From: Candidatus Bathyarchaeota archaeon
GTDB taxonomy: Archaea; Thermoproteota; Bathyarchaeia; Bathyarchaeales; Bathycorpusculaceae
NCBI GenBank assembly: GCA_963826715.1
Contig: CAWGYA010000007.1
Location: 128,001 to 192,000, forward strand
Length of the DNA stretch: 64,000 bases
Direction of reading: 5' to 3'
Shown: positions 29,367 to 39,090 of the stretch, piece after piece
How the letters are laid out: each line of letters starts with the position of its first letter
Numbering within the stretch: the stretch's first letter is position 1
Position numbers and translations under genes: made by a program
The notes under the pieces: model-generated
What the model saw: only the letters and a program-made list of their open reading frames with translations
The model's database searches: none
What the model was told of the DNA's origin: nothing

Positions 29367-29438
29367 AGATAAACACCAATCGAATGTGATTCAATAAGTT
29401 CAGATTTGTTTTGACCTTGCTTAAAGATTTTACAATAA

Positions 29439-29657
29439 CTAAGAAGGGGTCTGTTTTGTTTCAGTTATTTTCATTTTTTGAATGATTATTGCGATAGTAA
29501 TTAAGACTACTCCGATAACCAAAAAAGCCACATTCAAATCCGATGCTAAATTCCAGCGGTGAGGGTAAAAGATGAAATTAAAAATTGAAAATACAAATAA
29601 AATAGTTCCAATGACCGATAGAAGACTAACGCTCATTCTTTTGGTTTGTTTGTCCAT
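29439..29657 (-). CDS. Small two-TM membrane protein
   Basis: Hydrophobic helices, basic tail. Confidence 0.6.
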   Translation of the reverse strand: MDKQTKRMSVSLLSVIGTILFVFSIFNFIFYPHRWNLASDLNVAFLVIGVVLITIAIIIQKMKITETKQTPS

Positions 29658-29721
29658 TTTTACTTAATCCTCAATCAAGTGTTAATTTGTTTTGACCTTG
29701 CTTAAAAGATTTAGCGTTATA

Positions 29722-29752
29722 GGCAAGGTACATCCAAGCGTGGGAAAAATGT
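29722..29752 (+). repeat. Motif B copy 2
   Basis: GGCAAGGTACATCCAAGCGTGGGAAAAATGT. Confidence 0.6.
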
Positions 29753-29825
29753 ACTTATTAGGCTGTAACAAGTCTTAATACTATTAGTTGTGAAGCCAAT
29801 ATTTAATCAAAGATGAAACCTTCCT

Positions 29826-30095
29826 ATGTCAACAAAAAGATTATTTCATTTTGTGTCAATACTTACTTTGGCAGTTTTTGCAATATTAGTAGGTCTGTTT
29901 CTTTTCAAATTAAGGTTCTTTGGTGATTCAGACATCTGGTGGTATGGTGCTCTTTTCCAAGTTGAACATTACAGTAACTCAGATGTATGGCTTTATGGTG
30001 CAGTAACAGGTTTTTTTGCATGGCTATTCTTAGGACTACTTATTGCAACGGCTTTTCTATTTTACAAACTCAGTATGGAGAAAAGGCTGCAATAA
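29826..30095 (+). CDS. Small two-TM membrane protein
   Basis: Internal duplication DSDIWWYGA / NSDVWLYGA. Confidence 0.6.
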   Translation: MSTKRLFHFVSILTLAVFAILVGLFLFKLRFFGDSDIWWYGALFQVEHYSNSDVWLYGAVTGFFAWLFLGLLIATAFLFYKLSMEKRLQ

Positions 30096-30139
30096 GAGAG
30101 TTTGAAACATTGAAGTTAACCCTTGTCGTTACTTAGGCA

Positions 30140-30169
30140 GGGTGGGGTAGTCTATTGGTGGGAAAAGGT
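30140..30169 (+). repeat. Motif B copy 3
   Basis: GGGTGGGGTAGTCTATTGGTGGGAAAAGGT. Confidence 0.7.
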
Positions 30170-30269
30170 CTTGAAATTTTGATAAGTCCAGAAAACTGGA
30201 CTGATTATTATTTACCGTTTAAGGCTGGTCTACAAAATAGGGATTAAATACGTTAATAGATATTTATGA

Positions 30270-31148
30270 TTGCAAGGAAGAACCAACATGGAAGACCTGA
30301 ATCGGATAGAACAAGACAAGCAAAGGGCAGAAGTATTTGACGCACTAGGTCATCCGACACGGATACTTATTCTTAAAGTCTTAAATGACGGTTCACTTGG
30401 GTTTGCAGAGTTAAAGAAGAAGACAGCTATTGAGAGTAGCGGACATCTGCAACATCATTTAACAAAACTCAATGGGTTGATAAAGACTGATGAATACGGC
30501 AAGTACTGCTTATCAGAACAAGGTAAAGATGCCTTACTAACCGTTCAAACAGTAGAGAATGCGTCACCCAAAAAAGAGGCAAAAGAGCAGGGAAAAAAAC
30601 ACTTAAAGGTGGGTTTAAAACCAGTTGTTGTCCTACTTACCGTTCTGTTAATTACAAGTTCGGCAATTGCAATATATGAATACAACCAAACGCTAATTCT
30701 AGAGAAGGGCAGTCTTTCTCCACAAATCCTTACTTCCTACAGTAGCGTAAACAATGGTTTGCAATTATCTATAACTCTTCACTTAGGCAAGACCCAATAT
30801 AAAATAGGTGAAGTAGTACCCATAACCTTCACCATTAATAATGTAAGCAACCAAACACTAACCTTCACTAACGTAAATGGCAACGCAAATTTCAACTTCC
30901 AAGTATACAATGGCAATAACAAAGAAGTTTACTCTTGGGTGCTTGGGGCTTATCCACTAACTAATGCATCTATACCTTTGAATCCAAACGGAAGCTATGC
31001 ACAAACGCTTAACTGGAATTCTGAAGTAAACCTATCAGGATTTTCACAGGCAAAGGCAGGAGTATACTATATAATAGGTGAAATTGGTGAAAACCAGCCA
31101 TACCAATTCCAAACAACACCACTTGCGATAACAATTGCTACCTCATAA
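30270..31148 (+). CDS. Membrane-spanning regulator: ArsR-type wHTH, TM and extracellular Ig-like domain
   Basis: FDALGHPTRILIL, SSGHLQHHL; TM; YKIGEVVPITFTINN. Confidence 0.8.
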   Translation: MQGRTNMEDLNRIEQDKQRAEVFDALGHPTRILILKVLNDGSLGFAELKKKTAIESSGHLQHHLTKLNGLIKTDEYGKYCLSEQGKDALLTVQTVENASPKKEAKEQGKKHLKVGLKPVVVLLTVLLITSSAIAIYEYNQTLILEKGSLSPQILTSYSSVNNGLQLSITLHLGKTQYKIGEVVPITFTINNVSNQTLTFTNVNGNANFNFQVYNGNNKEVYSWVLGAYPLTNASIPLNPNGSYAQTLNWNSEVNLSGFSQAKAGVYYIIGEIGENQPYQFQTTPLAITIATS

Positions 31149-31202
31149 TGCTTATCCGACAATTTGTTTCTTAACAAGCGTTCTTTATCTACAATTACAG
31201 AT

Positions 31203-31231
31203 GGTGGATACACCCAACTGTGGGAAAAGGT
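31203..31231 (+). repeat. Motif B copy 4
   Basis: GGTGGATACACCCAACTGTGGGAAAAGGT. Confidence 0.7.
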
Positions 31232-31259
31232 CAATGTTTATCTCAGCAGGTTTTTCTTC

Positions 31260-31772
31260 TTAAGGATTTGTAACTGTTAGGCTGAAGGTGTCTCCGCTTT
31301 TGTTTGTCAACTGACTATTTCCAAAAGCAATGACCATTGTGTAATCACCTATTGGGATATCTTTTGCCAATTCAACTGTCAAAATTGAAGAGTTAGTTTG
31401 CATAGAGGCAATATTGATGGAATTGGGATTAAATGTGTAATTGAAAGTTTTTTCTTGTGGCGAAATATCATAATAGGTCCAATTTGAAAACCTCAAAGTA
31501 AGATTCTCAAAAGGTATGGATATTTCTGTTTCAAGAAAAGATTTTAAGGTAACATTTACTTGAAAAGTTGCGCCTTGGGCAACATTTGGATGAAACGGAG
31601 AAACATCTGATGTAATCATTTGTTCGGGTTTAAAAGGAATCAGCCCAATTGGTCTATTTAACCAGTAATACCCACCAATTAAAAGAGAAGCGAATAAAAT
31701 AGCAATTAATGCTCCTATAGCTAATTTGCTATTCAAGCTTATCCCTATAATCCATGGTATTTCAAGTCGCAT
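31260..31772 (-). CDS. Membrane-anchored Ig-like surface protein
   Basis: N-terminal TM; VAQGATFQVNVTL, PIGDYTM. Confidence 0.65.
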   Translation of the reverse strand: MRLEIPWIIGISLNSKLAIGALIAILFASLLIGGYYWLNRPIGLIPFKPEQMITSDVSPFHPNVAQGATFQVNVTLKSFLETEISIPFENLTLRFSNWTYYDISPQEKTFNYTFNPNSINIASMQTNSSILTVELAKDIPIGDYTMVIAFGNSQLTNKSGDTFSLTVTNP

Positions 31773-31821
31773 TTAAGTCTAGGCTTTAGAACAGTCTCTA
31801 TCTTCAGCTATACTTGCTTAA

Positions 31822-31847
31822 GATAGGTACAATATCGCTGGAAAGGT
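31822..31847 (+). repeat. Motif B copy 5 (degenerate)
   Basis: GATAGGTACAATATCGCTGGAAAGGT, abutting the stop codon of 31847..32605. Confidence 0.5.
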
Positions 31848-32605
31848 CATTGAGCTGGTTTTGTGGTTTTTTGATGCCTTCTAAAAAGCAAAACAGAAAT
31901 GGCAATAATCACAATTATAGCCAATATAACGCCAACAGGTAATAAGTAATCTATCGGTTCAGAATGTGGTGGATTTTTTGGTGGGAGATATTCACTGTCT
32001 TGTTGGTGTATAGAAACTGTTGATTTTGCATCATTGACCGTTATGCCAAAGTTAGCCCAATCCCAACCATTGCCTTGTTCTTTAGCTATTCCGTCAATGT
32101 AAACGGTGGGGTTGCTATTGTTTGAATTATATAACTGAGAATAGTCTAGTCGTTGAGTGCCTTTTCCTACAACGGAATAGTTAAACCAGCTATCGGCTTT
32201 GAAGAAATAATTGCCCAAGTCAGTTAGATAGAAGTTGTATGAAACAATGGTTACATTGCAGTTATGAGCAGAAATGCCTAATCCTGTTGTTCCATTTCCT
32301 GTAGAAAAAAGGTTAAAACTCCATAGTGATGCTACATATCCGTCATCTGTGGCATTATGGGCAGGATAAAATCCAGATGTGTCATGATAACCACCAAAAG
32401 AAGCACCTTTTTGGAGAATGATTGTTGCATTCTCATCGGGGATAGCATACAGGGTAGTGGTTTCTATGACTGTAGGATCTGCATTTGCAGATTGAAAGGT
32501 AGCTATAGATATTAGGAATAATGCAACAAGCAATAAAACGGAAATCTTGCCGATACAACCCATACTCAGTATTAGAAATCGTTTATGATAAAAAGCTTTC
32601 AGCAA
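31847..32605 (-). CDS. Secreted surface protein with C-terminal TM and RRHQKT tail
   Basis: Signal peptide, C-terminal anchor; distant paralogue of 54937..55842 (NITITS / W.NY.V.G.G.Q). Confidence 0.7.
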   Translation of the reverse strand: MLKAFYHKRFLILSMGCIGKISVLLLVALFLISIATFQSANADPTVIETTTLYAIPDENATIILQKGASFGGYHDTSGFYPAHNATDDGYVASLWSFNLFSTGNGTTGLGISAHNCNVTIVSYNFYLTDLGNYFFKADSWFNYSVVGKGTQRLDYSQLYNSNNSNPTVYIDGIAKEQGNGWDWANFGITVNDAKSTVSIHQQDSEYLPPKNPPHSEPIDYLLPVGVILAIIVIIAISVLLFRRHQKTTKPAQ

Positions 32606-32619
32606 ACTCTCTTGACTAA
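32598..32619. repeat. Motif A copy
   Basis: TTCAGCAA-ACTCTC-TTGACTAA; weak B-like GCGGAAGAGGGT at 32643-32654. Confidence 0.55.
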
Positions 32620-32884
32620 GCTAAGTCATCGTTCACTTTGTTGCGGAAGAGGGTTGAACTCAAATCCTCTGGCACATCTGGGTTGTCAGTGGCATAATTA
32701 TCGCGGGAAATCCTTACATAATGCTTAATTATTTTTCCAAAAATTCTTTGAAATCAGTTTTGCTCAGTATTCCTGCGTGCAATTGCTTAAAAGCGAGCGC
32801 TTATTAGTGTAATTTATTGGTTAGCCTCTTGCAAGCAAGCGTTTAGTTTCCTCGCCTCCTTAGCGGGAGAGTGAACGGTTTGCA

Positions 32885-33193
32885 GTGGTTTCTGTCATTG
32901 TACATAATTTTGTTATGGTGTTGTTTATGCCTCATAAAAGAAGTTATCAGGGTAAAATTATTCAGCGGCAGCGAGAGCAAGATTTCAAAGCGATAAAGAT
33001 TCAGCGTAAGGCGGCTTGCCAATACATTAGGGAGACCGAGTTTCGTGATCACTTGATCGGCGAGACCGTTTGTCGAACTGATACTAATTCGATTACCGAT
33101 AAGTTGGCAAAGCTTTTTGGTCAACCTGAATCTGAAGCGATTCCTAACGTTGAGCCCGGCTTAGTTCTTATTGGACCCATTGAGGAGTTTTAA
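32885..33193 (+). CDS. Hypothetical viral protein
   Basis: First ORF of the late operon. Confidence 0.45.
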   Translation: MVSVIVHNFVMVLFMPHKRSYQGKIIQRQREQDFKAIKIQRKAACQYIRETEFRDHLIGETVCRTDTNSITDKLAKLFGQPESEAIPNVEPGLVLIGPIEEF

Positions 33194-33198
33194 TTCTG

Positions 33199-33453
33199 AT
33201 GCCTGAAGAGTCATGGCCTGATTATAGTTTATGCCCCAGTTGCCCTGAGATCAAGCGCAAGATTGACCGTATAGATCTGGCTCTTTTGGGAGAGGATGGC
33301 ACTGGCTTAAACGGGGGCATTGTTAAGGCTATAACGGATTTGCAGAAGAAGAGTAAGGTTTCGGCGAGTTGGGCAAATTTTGCAAAACCAATCGCCATTG
33401 GTGCTGTCACGTCGATTGTGACTTTTCTGTTAACTTACGCTTTAGCTCATTAA
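33199..33453 (+). CDS. Coiled-coil plus C-terminal TM protein (XhlA/holin-like)
   Basis: CPSC, L.GEDGTG, C-terminal TM. Confidence 0.55.
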   Translation: MPEESWPDYSLCPSCPEIKRKIDRIDLALLGEDGTGLNGGIVKAITDLQKKSKVSASWANFAKPIAIGAVTSIVTFLLTYALAH

Positions 33454-33469
33454 TTTAGGAGAGGATTGT

Positions 33470-33655
33470 TTGGAACCTGAAGAGTTTATTGGAGAAATAA
33501 AGAAGACCTTTAGCCGTGCATGTGCTTTGCCTGATTGGATGCAGCAGATTCTCTTAGAAGACATAAACGCCGCTATAGAAAACCGCATCCGCACGATGGA
33601 ACTGATCATTCAAGCTAAACCAATTGCTGCAGAGACCTTGAAACCTGGACAATAA
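33470..33655 (+). CDS. Hypothetical protein
   Basis: GGAGAGG RBS. Confidence 0.55.
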   Translation: MEPEEFIGEIKKTFSRACALPDWMQQILLEDINAAIENRIRTMELIIQAKPIAAETLKPGQ

Positions 33656-33679
33656 CACAATCCGAAGGGAGAGAGTAAA

Positions 33680-33940
33680 TTGGCAAAAAGATCCACTTTT
33701 GAACAGTCCTTAGCTATCTTGGAAGTTGTGCGAACGCCAAAGATTCTAACGCATATTATGTATAAAACTAACGTTAACTGCAGTGTACTCAAGCCACTTC
33801 TTGAGGACCTAATGAAGAAGGATTTAATCACAACAGTTGAGATTCGCAGAGGAATTTCACGAAGGCACTATATCATTTCTCAAAAAGGCATAGACGTTCT
33901 TTGCTCTGTTAGAAAAGCATCGGAACTGCTGCAAGCTTAG
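33680..33940 (+). CDS. Archaeal winged-helix regulator
   Basis: KRS...ILE...THIMYKTNVN...L..L...Y.IS.KG. Confidence 0.8.
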   Translation: MAKRSTFEQSLAILEVVRTPKILTHIMYKTNVNCSVLKPLLEDLMKKDLITTVEIRRGISRRHYIISQKGIDVLCSVRKASELLQA

Positions 33941-33953
33941 AGGGTATAATTGC

Positions 33954-34454
33954 TTGTCAATTTCCATGGAAGAGGCCTTAGGTCTTAAGAAATCGGAGCC
34001 CAAGGTTGAGGAGTCGCCAGCAGAGGAAGAGGATAAAGAATACTCGCCTGCTGAGCTTAAGAAAATTCAGCGGGATAAAATTATTCTTGAGGAGACGGCA
34101 AATAAGGGCTCGACTATCCCTGAGATTTGCGAGATTTTGCGAGAAAAAGGGCATCCCACAAGTCAAAGAACTATCTGGACAGTTCTGCACAGTGACCGCG
34201 CCACTAAACTTAGGGAGGAGATGGAGCGCGCGCAGTGTAGGGACATTGCTCTATTGCGTGCTTATGCCTTGCAAGATAGGGATTTGAAGGCTTTAGCTGC
34301 GGCGATAGCAGCGCGCGGGCAGTCGATTAAGAACTTGACACCTAACAATCAGCCCAATGTCAATGTTGATGTCAAAGTAGACAATAAGATTGACGTCAGC
34401 AAAGAAGTTGCCGAAATCATAAAGTTTAGTCGTGAAGAAGATGCTGGCAAGTGA
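33954..34454 (+). CDS. Putative terminase small subunit
   Basis: HTH (TIPEICEIL..SQRTI), overlaps the terL start. Confidence 0.6.
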   Translation: MSISMEEALGLKKSEPKVEESPAEEEDKEYSPAELKKIQRDKIILEETANKGSTIPEICEILREKGHPTSQRTIWTVLHSDRATKLREEMERAQCRDIALLRAYALQDRDLKALAAAIAARGQSIKNLTPNNQPNVNVDVKVDNKIDVSKEVAEIIKFSREEDAGK

Positions 34455-35758
34455 AAGCCGATGTTTTGGGGTACGCTCTTAGAGATGGGCAGCTAAAGAT
34501 CGTTGGCTCCGTGCTAGATCCCAATGTTAAGCGGCTTATCGTTAGTGCAGTGACGCAGTATGGCAAAACGAGGGCAGTAGCCATTGGTGTTTTGCTCTAC
34601 ATTTTAGCGAATGAAAACAAGCGAATCTTGTTCATCGCGCCAACCATCGATCAAACCAATATTATCCGTAATTATGTCTCAGAGCATATTGCGGCAAGTC
34701 GTCAGCTGGCTTCTTTGGTAAATCGACCTAGGCGCAGCAGCCCTGAAGACTTAAAAAATGAGATGAGCAAGAAGCGTCTAACGCTCAAAAACGGCTGCGA
34801 AATCATTACATTAACAGCCCATGGCGCCGGAGAAGAACCTGGGAAGCAGCTGATGGGTTTTGGCGGCGACGTCATCGTCGTTGATGAGGCTTGCCTAATT
34901 CTTGATGAGGTTTATCGTAAGCGTATTAAGCGCATGTTGGGCAGTAACCCAGACAGCAAACTCATCATTTTGGTTAATCCGTGGCATCGGCGCAATTTTG
35001 CTTTTAGGGCTTGGCGGAATCCGAAGTTTAAGAAGATCCATATTGATTGGCGTCAAGCCGTCTTAGAGGGGCGTGTTACTGAAGAATTTATCGAGGATAT
35101 GCGCCAAGAGCTTTCAGATTATGAGTTTAAGGTGCTCTATGAGAGTGAGTTTGCGGAGGATTCTGAGGATTCTCTGATTCGTTGGGATTGGATCCAGCGT
35201 GCTCTCGTGAAGAAGGTTGAGTTTTCGGGTGCTACGCAGACGGTTTGGGGTTTAGATGTTGCTGAGCAAGGCAAGGACCTCACCGTTCTTACACGTGCAG
35301 AGACTGATGGCGTGCATTACGCTGTGACTGGACAGCAACATATCCAGGAGCGGGAAACAATGCCCACAGCAAATCGAGTGGCGGCTATTGTTCCAAAAAA
35401 TGAAGCCCTGCATGTTGATAGCATCGGTGTAGGCGCTGGCGTGTACAGTCGGCTGTCTGAAATGGGGTATAGAGCAGTTTCTGTTAGGGTTAGTATGTCT
35501 CCAACTTGTGAGGAAGATCGCTATCTGAATGAGAAGTCGCAGCGGTTTTGGAAGCTTCGCTCAATCTTTGAGCAAGACCTGATTAGCATTCCAAACAATC
35601 CACATCTAATTAGCCAGTTGTCACAGATACGCTATGAATTCACAGCTGCTGGCAAAATCCGCATTGTTGATCCGGAGGGTAAGAGCCCAGATTTTGCAGA
35701 TAGTTTAATGTTAACGCTTCTAGATTCGAGAAAGAGACCCAAGGCGGCAAATGCATAA
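34451..35758 (+). CDS. terL: Terminase large subunit
   Basis: TQYGKT, VIVVDEA, WGLDVA, VDSIGVGAGV, SPDFADS. Confidence 0.92.
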   Translation: MKADVLGYALRDGQLKIVGSVLDPNVKRLIVSAVTQYGKTRAVAIGVLLYILANENKRILFIAPTIDQTNIIRNYVSEHIAASRQLASLVNRPRRSSPEDLKNEMSKKRLTLKNGCEIITLTAHGAGEEPGKQLMGFGGDVIVVDEACLILDEVYRKRIKRMLGSNPDSKLIILVNPWHRRNFAFRAWRNPKFKKIHIDWRQAVLEGRVTEEFIEDMRQELSDYEFKVLYESEFAEDSEDSLIRWDWIQRALVKKVEFSGATQTVWGLDVAEQGKDLTVLTRAETDGVHYAVTGQQHIQERETMPTANRVAAIVPKNEALHVDSIGVGAGVYSRLSEMGYRAVSVRVSMSPTCEEDRYLNEKSQRFWKLRSIFEQDLISIPNNPHLISQLSQIRYEFTAAGKIRIVDPEGKSPDFADSLMLTLLDSRKRPKAANA

Positions 35759-35904
35759 TGAAAAAAAGGTTAGGAAAAATCTTTGCAGGCAAAAACAGAG
35801 CTGAGGGTGCGGATCGCTTTGCCGATTTTGACCCAGAGTTTAAGGACCTACAGAAGCAGGGCGCAATTAGGGTTTTAAGTACTGCATCGGATCGGTAGAG
35901 AATC

Positions 35905-37287
35905 TTGAGTGAGAAAAAATCTTCCTGGAAGGGTTTGTCGCATTACGCTAAAGTGCTAGTTTACGGCAGCGCAGCGAGTTCTCCCAAGATAGGCAAAGGC
36001 GACTTCGGAACCTCCAATACCCCAACAGACAGCGAAAACTATGCTAGTATGGATAAGGATTACCGTTGGTTTCGCCAAGATGAGCTTGTCCGCCGATGCA
36101 CGATTATTAATGCTTGTTTTACTGCGTTGGCAGCTGGATTTGAGACCACTCTTGAGCCAACAAAGCCCATAGCAGATGAAAACGAAAAGAAAACCTTCTT
36201 AGAGAAATATCAGTACGTCAAGGATTATGTCGACGCAATAAACAAAGCAGTAAACTTTGATCAGGTTCTTTTTGTAGCCCAAATTAAACGGAGCATCTTT
36301 GGGAAATGCGGGTTTGAGATCGTCTTTAAAACCGACGGCAAAACTCCCGCGTACCTGATTAGCCTTCAGAGCCCAAAGTTAACTCCCAAGAAAAACAAGG
36401 ATTGGGAACTCACAGGTTTCAAATATACTGGCATCAAAGAGGGCTATGATGTCGATGAAGTCCTGTATTTTGTTAACACTCAGCTCGAGAACGATTTCTT
36501 GGGGTTGAGCGATGTTGAACCTATCCGTTCAACCTGCAAAGCCAGGAATTACTTGCTCGATAAGGATTTCCCCGAGATTACCCGTCGGCTTTGGGCACCC
36601 TATACTTTGCTTGAAGCGGATACCGCCGATATGGCTGATGATGATGAGACTGCTTTTCTTAAGGATCTGGCAAAGATCGCTGAAGCGGGCAAGAGTACTG
36701 CAATTAACAAGTCTGTAACTGCCCAAGTGGTAGAGTTTCGCATTAATTTGGGGGGGCTTGTGCAGTTGATGGATAAGCTTGAGGAAGGAGTTATCCGAGC
36801 GTATGGTACACCGCGTTTTTTGATTAACAAGACTCCGGAGAATAGGGCAACAGCTTATGTTGAGTTTGAAGCTTACGTTGAGGGGGTTATCAAGCCTAAT
36901 CAGCGTTACTTTAAGCGTGCTTTGGAGTGTGAGATGTGGTATGATCGGTTAGCGAGGCTTGCCATGGAAGAACATGGAGAGAAAATTGCCAAAGGTGTTG
37001 CTCTTCCAGTTAAGGTGAAGCAAAATTTCAAGCCAGTTAAGGCCTCTGATATCTATGCGATGGCGGCAGCGGTTGCAAGTCTGTATGGTAACGGTAGCGG
37101 GGTGTTGGCTGAGTTCCCAGAGATTGCTTTTGAGATGATGAATTGGGACCAGGAGTTGCTTAAGGCAAAAGCGGACTCTGCTTTGTCTCCCGGTAAAGCA
37201 GCGGTTGTTAGGGGCGAAGATAAGGAGGGCAAATATGAGGAGTATATTATCCGTCGCCGATTGCCTGCAGCTCATCAGCACAGTTGA
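35905..37287 (+). CDS. Portal protein
   Basis: Follows terL; IFGKCGFE, DEVLYF, GLSDVEP, AYGTPRFL. Confidence 0.8.
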   Translation: MSEKKSSWKGLSHYAKVLVYGSAASSPKIGKGDFGTSNTPTDSENYASMDKDYRWFRQDELVRRCTIINACFTALAAGFETTLEPTKPIADENEKKTFLEKYQYVKDYVDAINKAVNFDQVLFVAQIKRSIFGKCGFEIVFKTDGKTPAYLISLQSPKLTPKKNKDWELTGFKYTGIKEGYDVDEVLYFVNTQLENDFLGLSDVEPIRSTCKARNYLLDKDFPEITRRLWAPYTLLEADTADMADDDETAFLKDLAKIAEAGKSTAINKSVTAQVVEFRINLGGLVQLMDKLEEGVIRAYGTPRFLINKTPENRATAYVEFEAYVEGVIKPNQRYFKRALECEMWYDRLARLAMEEHGEKIAKGVALPVKVKQNFKPVKASDIYAMAAAVASLYGNGSGVLAEFPEIAFEMMNWDQELLKAKADSALSPGKAAVVRGEDKEGKYEEYIIRRRLPAAHQHS

Positions 37288-37549
37288 CGTCATAGAGGTC
37301 CTTGAAGCCTTCAAGCGCATCCCAGACCAATTTCGGAGTTTTACTTTCTTTGGCGCTGATGACCGCTGGCTGTACATTAAATCTGGCCACCCGAACCTTT
37401 GCGAGAACTGTTTGGGCTATGATGGTGAAGTCTTCTACGGTGATAGCCTAAGATCAGAGTTTCCGTATCTTCGAATTATTGATGAGAACACGATTAACCC
37501 CAATGTTCACCCCCATTGTGAATGTCTTCTGATTCGGATTTCAGCGTAA
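37205..37549 (+). CDS. Minor head morphogenesis protein (Mu gpF/SPP1 gp7-like), short
   Basis: C..C...DG.VF and P.VHPHCEC. Confidence 0.65.
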   Translation: MLGAKIRRANMRSILSVADCLQLISTVDVIEVLEAFKRIPDQFRSFTFFGADDRWLYIKSGHPNLCENCLGYDGEVFYGDSLRSEFPYLRIIDENTINPNVHPHCECLLIRISA

Positions 37550-37580
37550 CAGGATTTCAAATTACTAAGAGGTAAAATGT

Positions 37581-38630
37581 TTGTTAAAACAGCATAGCCA
37601 CGAACTAGTCTTCATTGCTGGTTTGCATCGGCTTGATGCTGCCAACAAGAAGGCAGTGTTCTACTTGATGAATACTAGCCGGAACCGTAATCGCTGGGGA
37701 GTCACGCAAAAGGCACTCGATGAGGCTTTGCCGTCGCTGTTAAAGAAGCCTCTAGGCATGGGTAAGGACTACAAGCTGGGGCATTTTCCCGATGAGGAAA
37801 GCATGAATGTTGGGTTGTTCTCGGCTTTTGAGAATAAGGGCAACTATGCATTGGGCACGGTCGACATAACGGATGATAAAGTCTTAGCGATGCTTGAAGC
37901 TGGCGAGTTAGGACCGATAAGTTCAGTCATCCTTCCGTATTATGATACTTGCAGCGTTTGCGGTGAAGTTTTAGATGCTAACTGGGAAAATCACCCTTGC
38001 ATAGCCGAAAATAAGGCATTCTCAGAAGTGCAATCGTTCGAGTTTCACCGTTTCGATTTTGTGGATGTGCCAGCGTATCCGCAAGCGGGCTTCATGAATT
38101 TTGCCTCCAAACGAGAGGATAATAGTGTATCCCTTGCGCTTCTGGCAGGCGTCTACAGCAATTCACGGTCTCCAAATTTACAGGAGCAAAATAAAGTGTC
38201 CGAAAAACAAGAGAATGAAAAAATAGCGGCACTTGAGCAGAGGGCAACCAAAGCCGAAGCTGACCTCAAGAAAGCACAAGACGACGCATCAGCCAATGCA
38301 GCCAGAGTCAATGAGCTCAGTGCAGAACTCAATGCAATCAAAGATGAAAAGCACGCTGGTCTGGTAGAGCAAGCCTACCGTGCACGTGTCGAAGCTGGCA
38401 TCGCAGGCGAAGAGAAAGCAGACAGAGAAATGCTTGCTGGCTTAGATGATAAGAACCTTAAGCTTTTCTTTGTTGAGGCTGGGAAAATCGCTAAAGTTGT
38501 TTCTACTCAAGGGATTCAATCCCCCAAGAACAAGTATCAGGCGGGTGAGGAAGATGAGCTTGCAGCTGCAGTCGCAGCCAAAAGAGCAGAGCTTGGCTTA
38601 CCCGAAATAAAAAAACAGGAGAAAAAATAA
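37581..38630 (+). CDS. Prohead protease/scaffold
   Basis: RNRNRWGV, CSVCG insertion, FVDVPAY, C-terminal coiled coil. Confidence 0.75.
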   Translation: MLKQHSHELVFIAGLHRLDAANKKAVFYLMNTSRNRNRWGVTQKALDEALPSLLKKPLGMGKDYKLGHFPDEESMNVGLFSAFENKGNYALGTVDITDDKVLAMLEAGELGPISSVILPYYDTCSVCGEVLDANWENHPCIAENKAFSEVQSFEFHRFDFVDVPAYPQAGFMNFASKREDNSVSLALLAGVYSNSRSPNLQEQNKVSEKQENEKIAALEQRATKAEADLKKAQDDASANAARVNELSAELNAIKDEKHAGLVEQAYRARVEAGIAGEEKADREMLAGLDDKNLKLFFVEAGKIAKVVSTQGIQSPKNKYQAGEEDELAAAVAAKRAELGLPEIKKQEKK

Positions 38631-39089
38631 ATGACGTTAGGAGATTATGGACTCAAATCCGCTCTGTTAGTCGTTGAAAAAATGACTATGAAGAGCAACA
38701 CTGACGCGTTAAAGGGCAAACTCTACGCTGACGACGGCGCAGGATTAGTTCTCGCAACCGCTGCCCTAGCTGCAATAACAAAGGTTGTTATGGCAAACGA
38801 AGATCACGACTACAGCGAAGAAACAGACCACGATATCAGCGTAACGGTGGTGGGCTTGGTTGAATGCGCAAAAGTTGCAGGGTCCGGTTTAGCACGCAAG
38901 GGCGATAAAATCATGATTTCTGCAACAGCAGGAGAATGCACCAAATTCGTTGCGGGCGATGTTACTGCTACAGTCAACGAATCCACAGTTGAAGCAGCTA
39001 ACCTAGTTAACCTTGGCAAGATCGGCACAGCTTATGAAACATCAGCCGACGCAGATACCACACAGAAGATGTGGTTAGGAGTCTTCTAA
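38631..39089 (+). CDS. Capsid cement/decoration protein
   Basis: Ala-rich beta protein between scaffold and MCP. Confidence 0.6.
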   Translation: MTLGDYGLKSALLVVEKMTMKSNTDALKGKLYADDGAGLVLATAALAAITKVVMANEDHDYSEETDHDISVTVVGLVECAKVAGSGLARKGDKIMISATAGECTKFVAGDVTATVNESTVEAANLVNLGKIGTAYETSADADTTQKMWLGVF

Positions 39090-39090
39090 G

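Noticed and set aside
29042-32654. CRISPR array or classical attC sites
   Set aside because: Repeats are degenerate and separated by whole genes; no cas gene, no intI and no long attC hairpin seen
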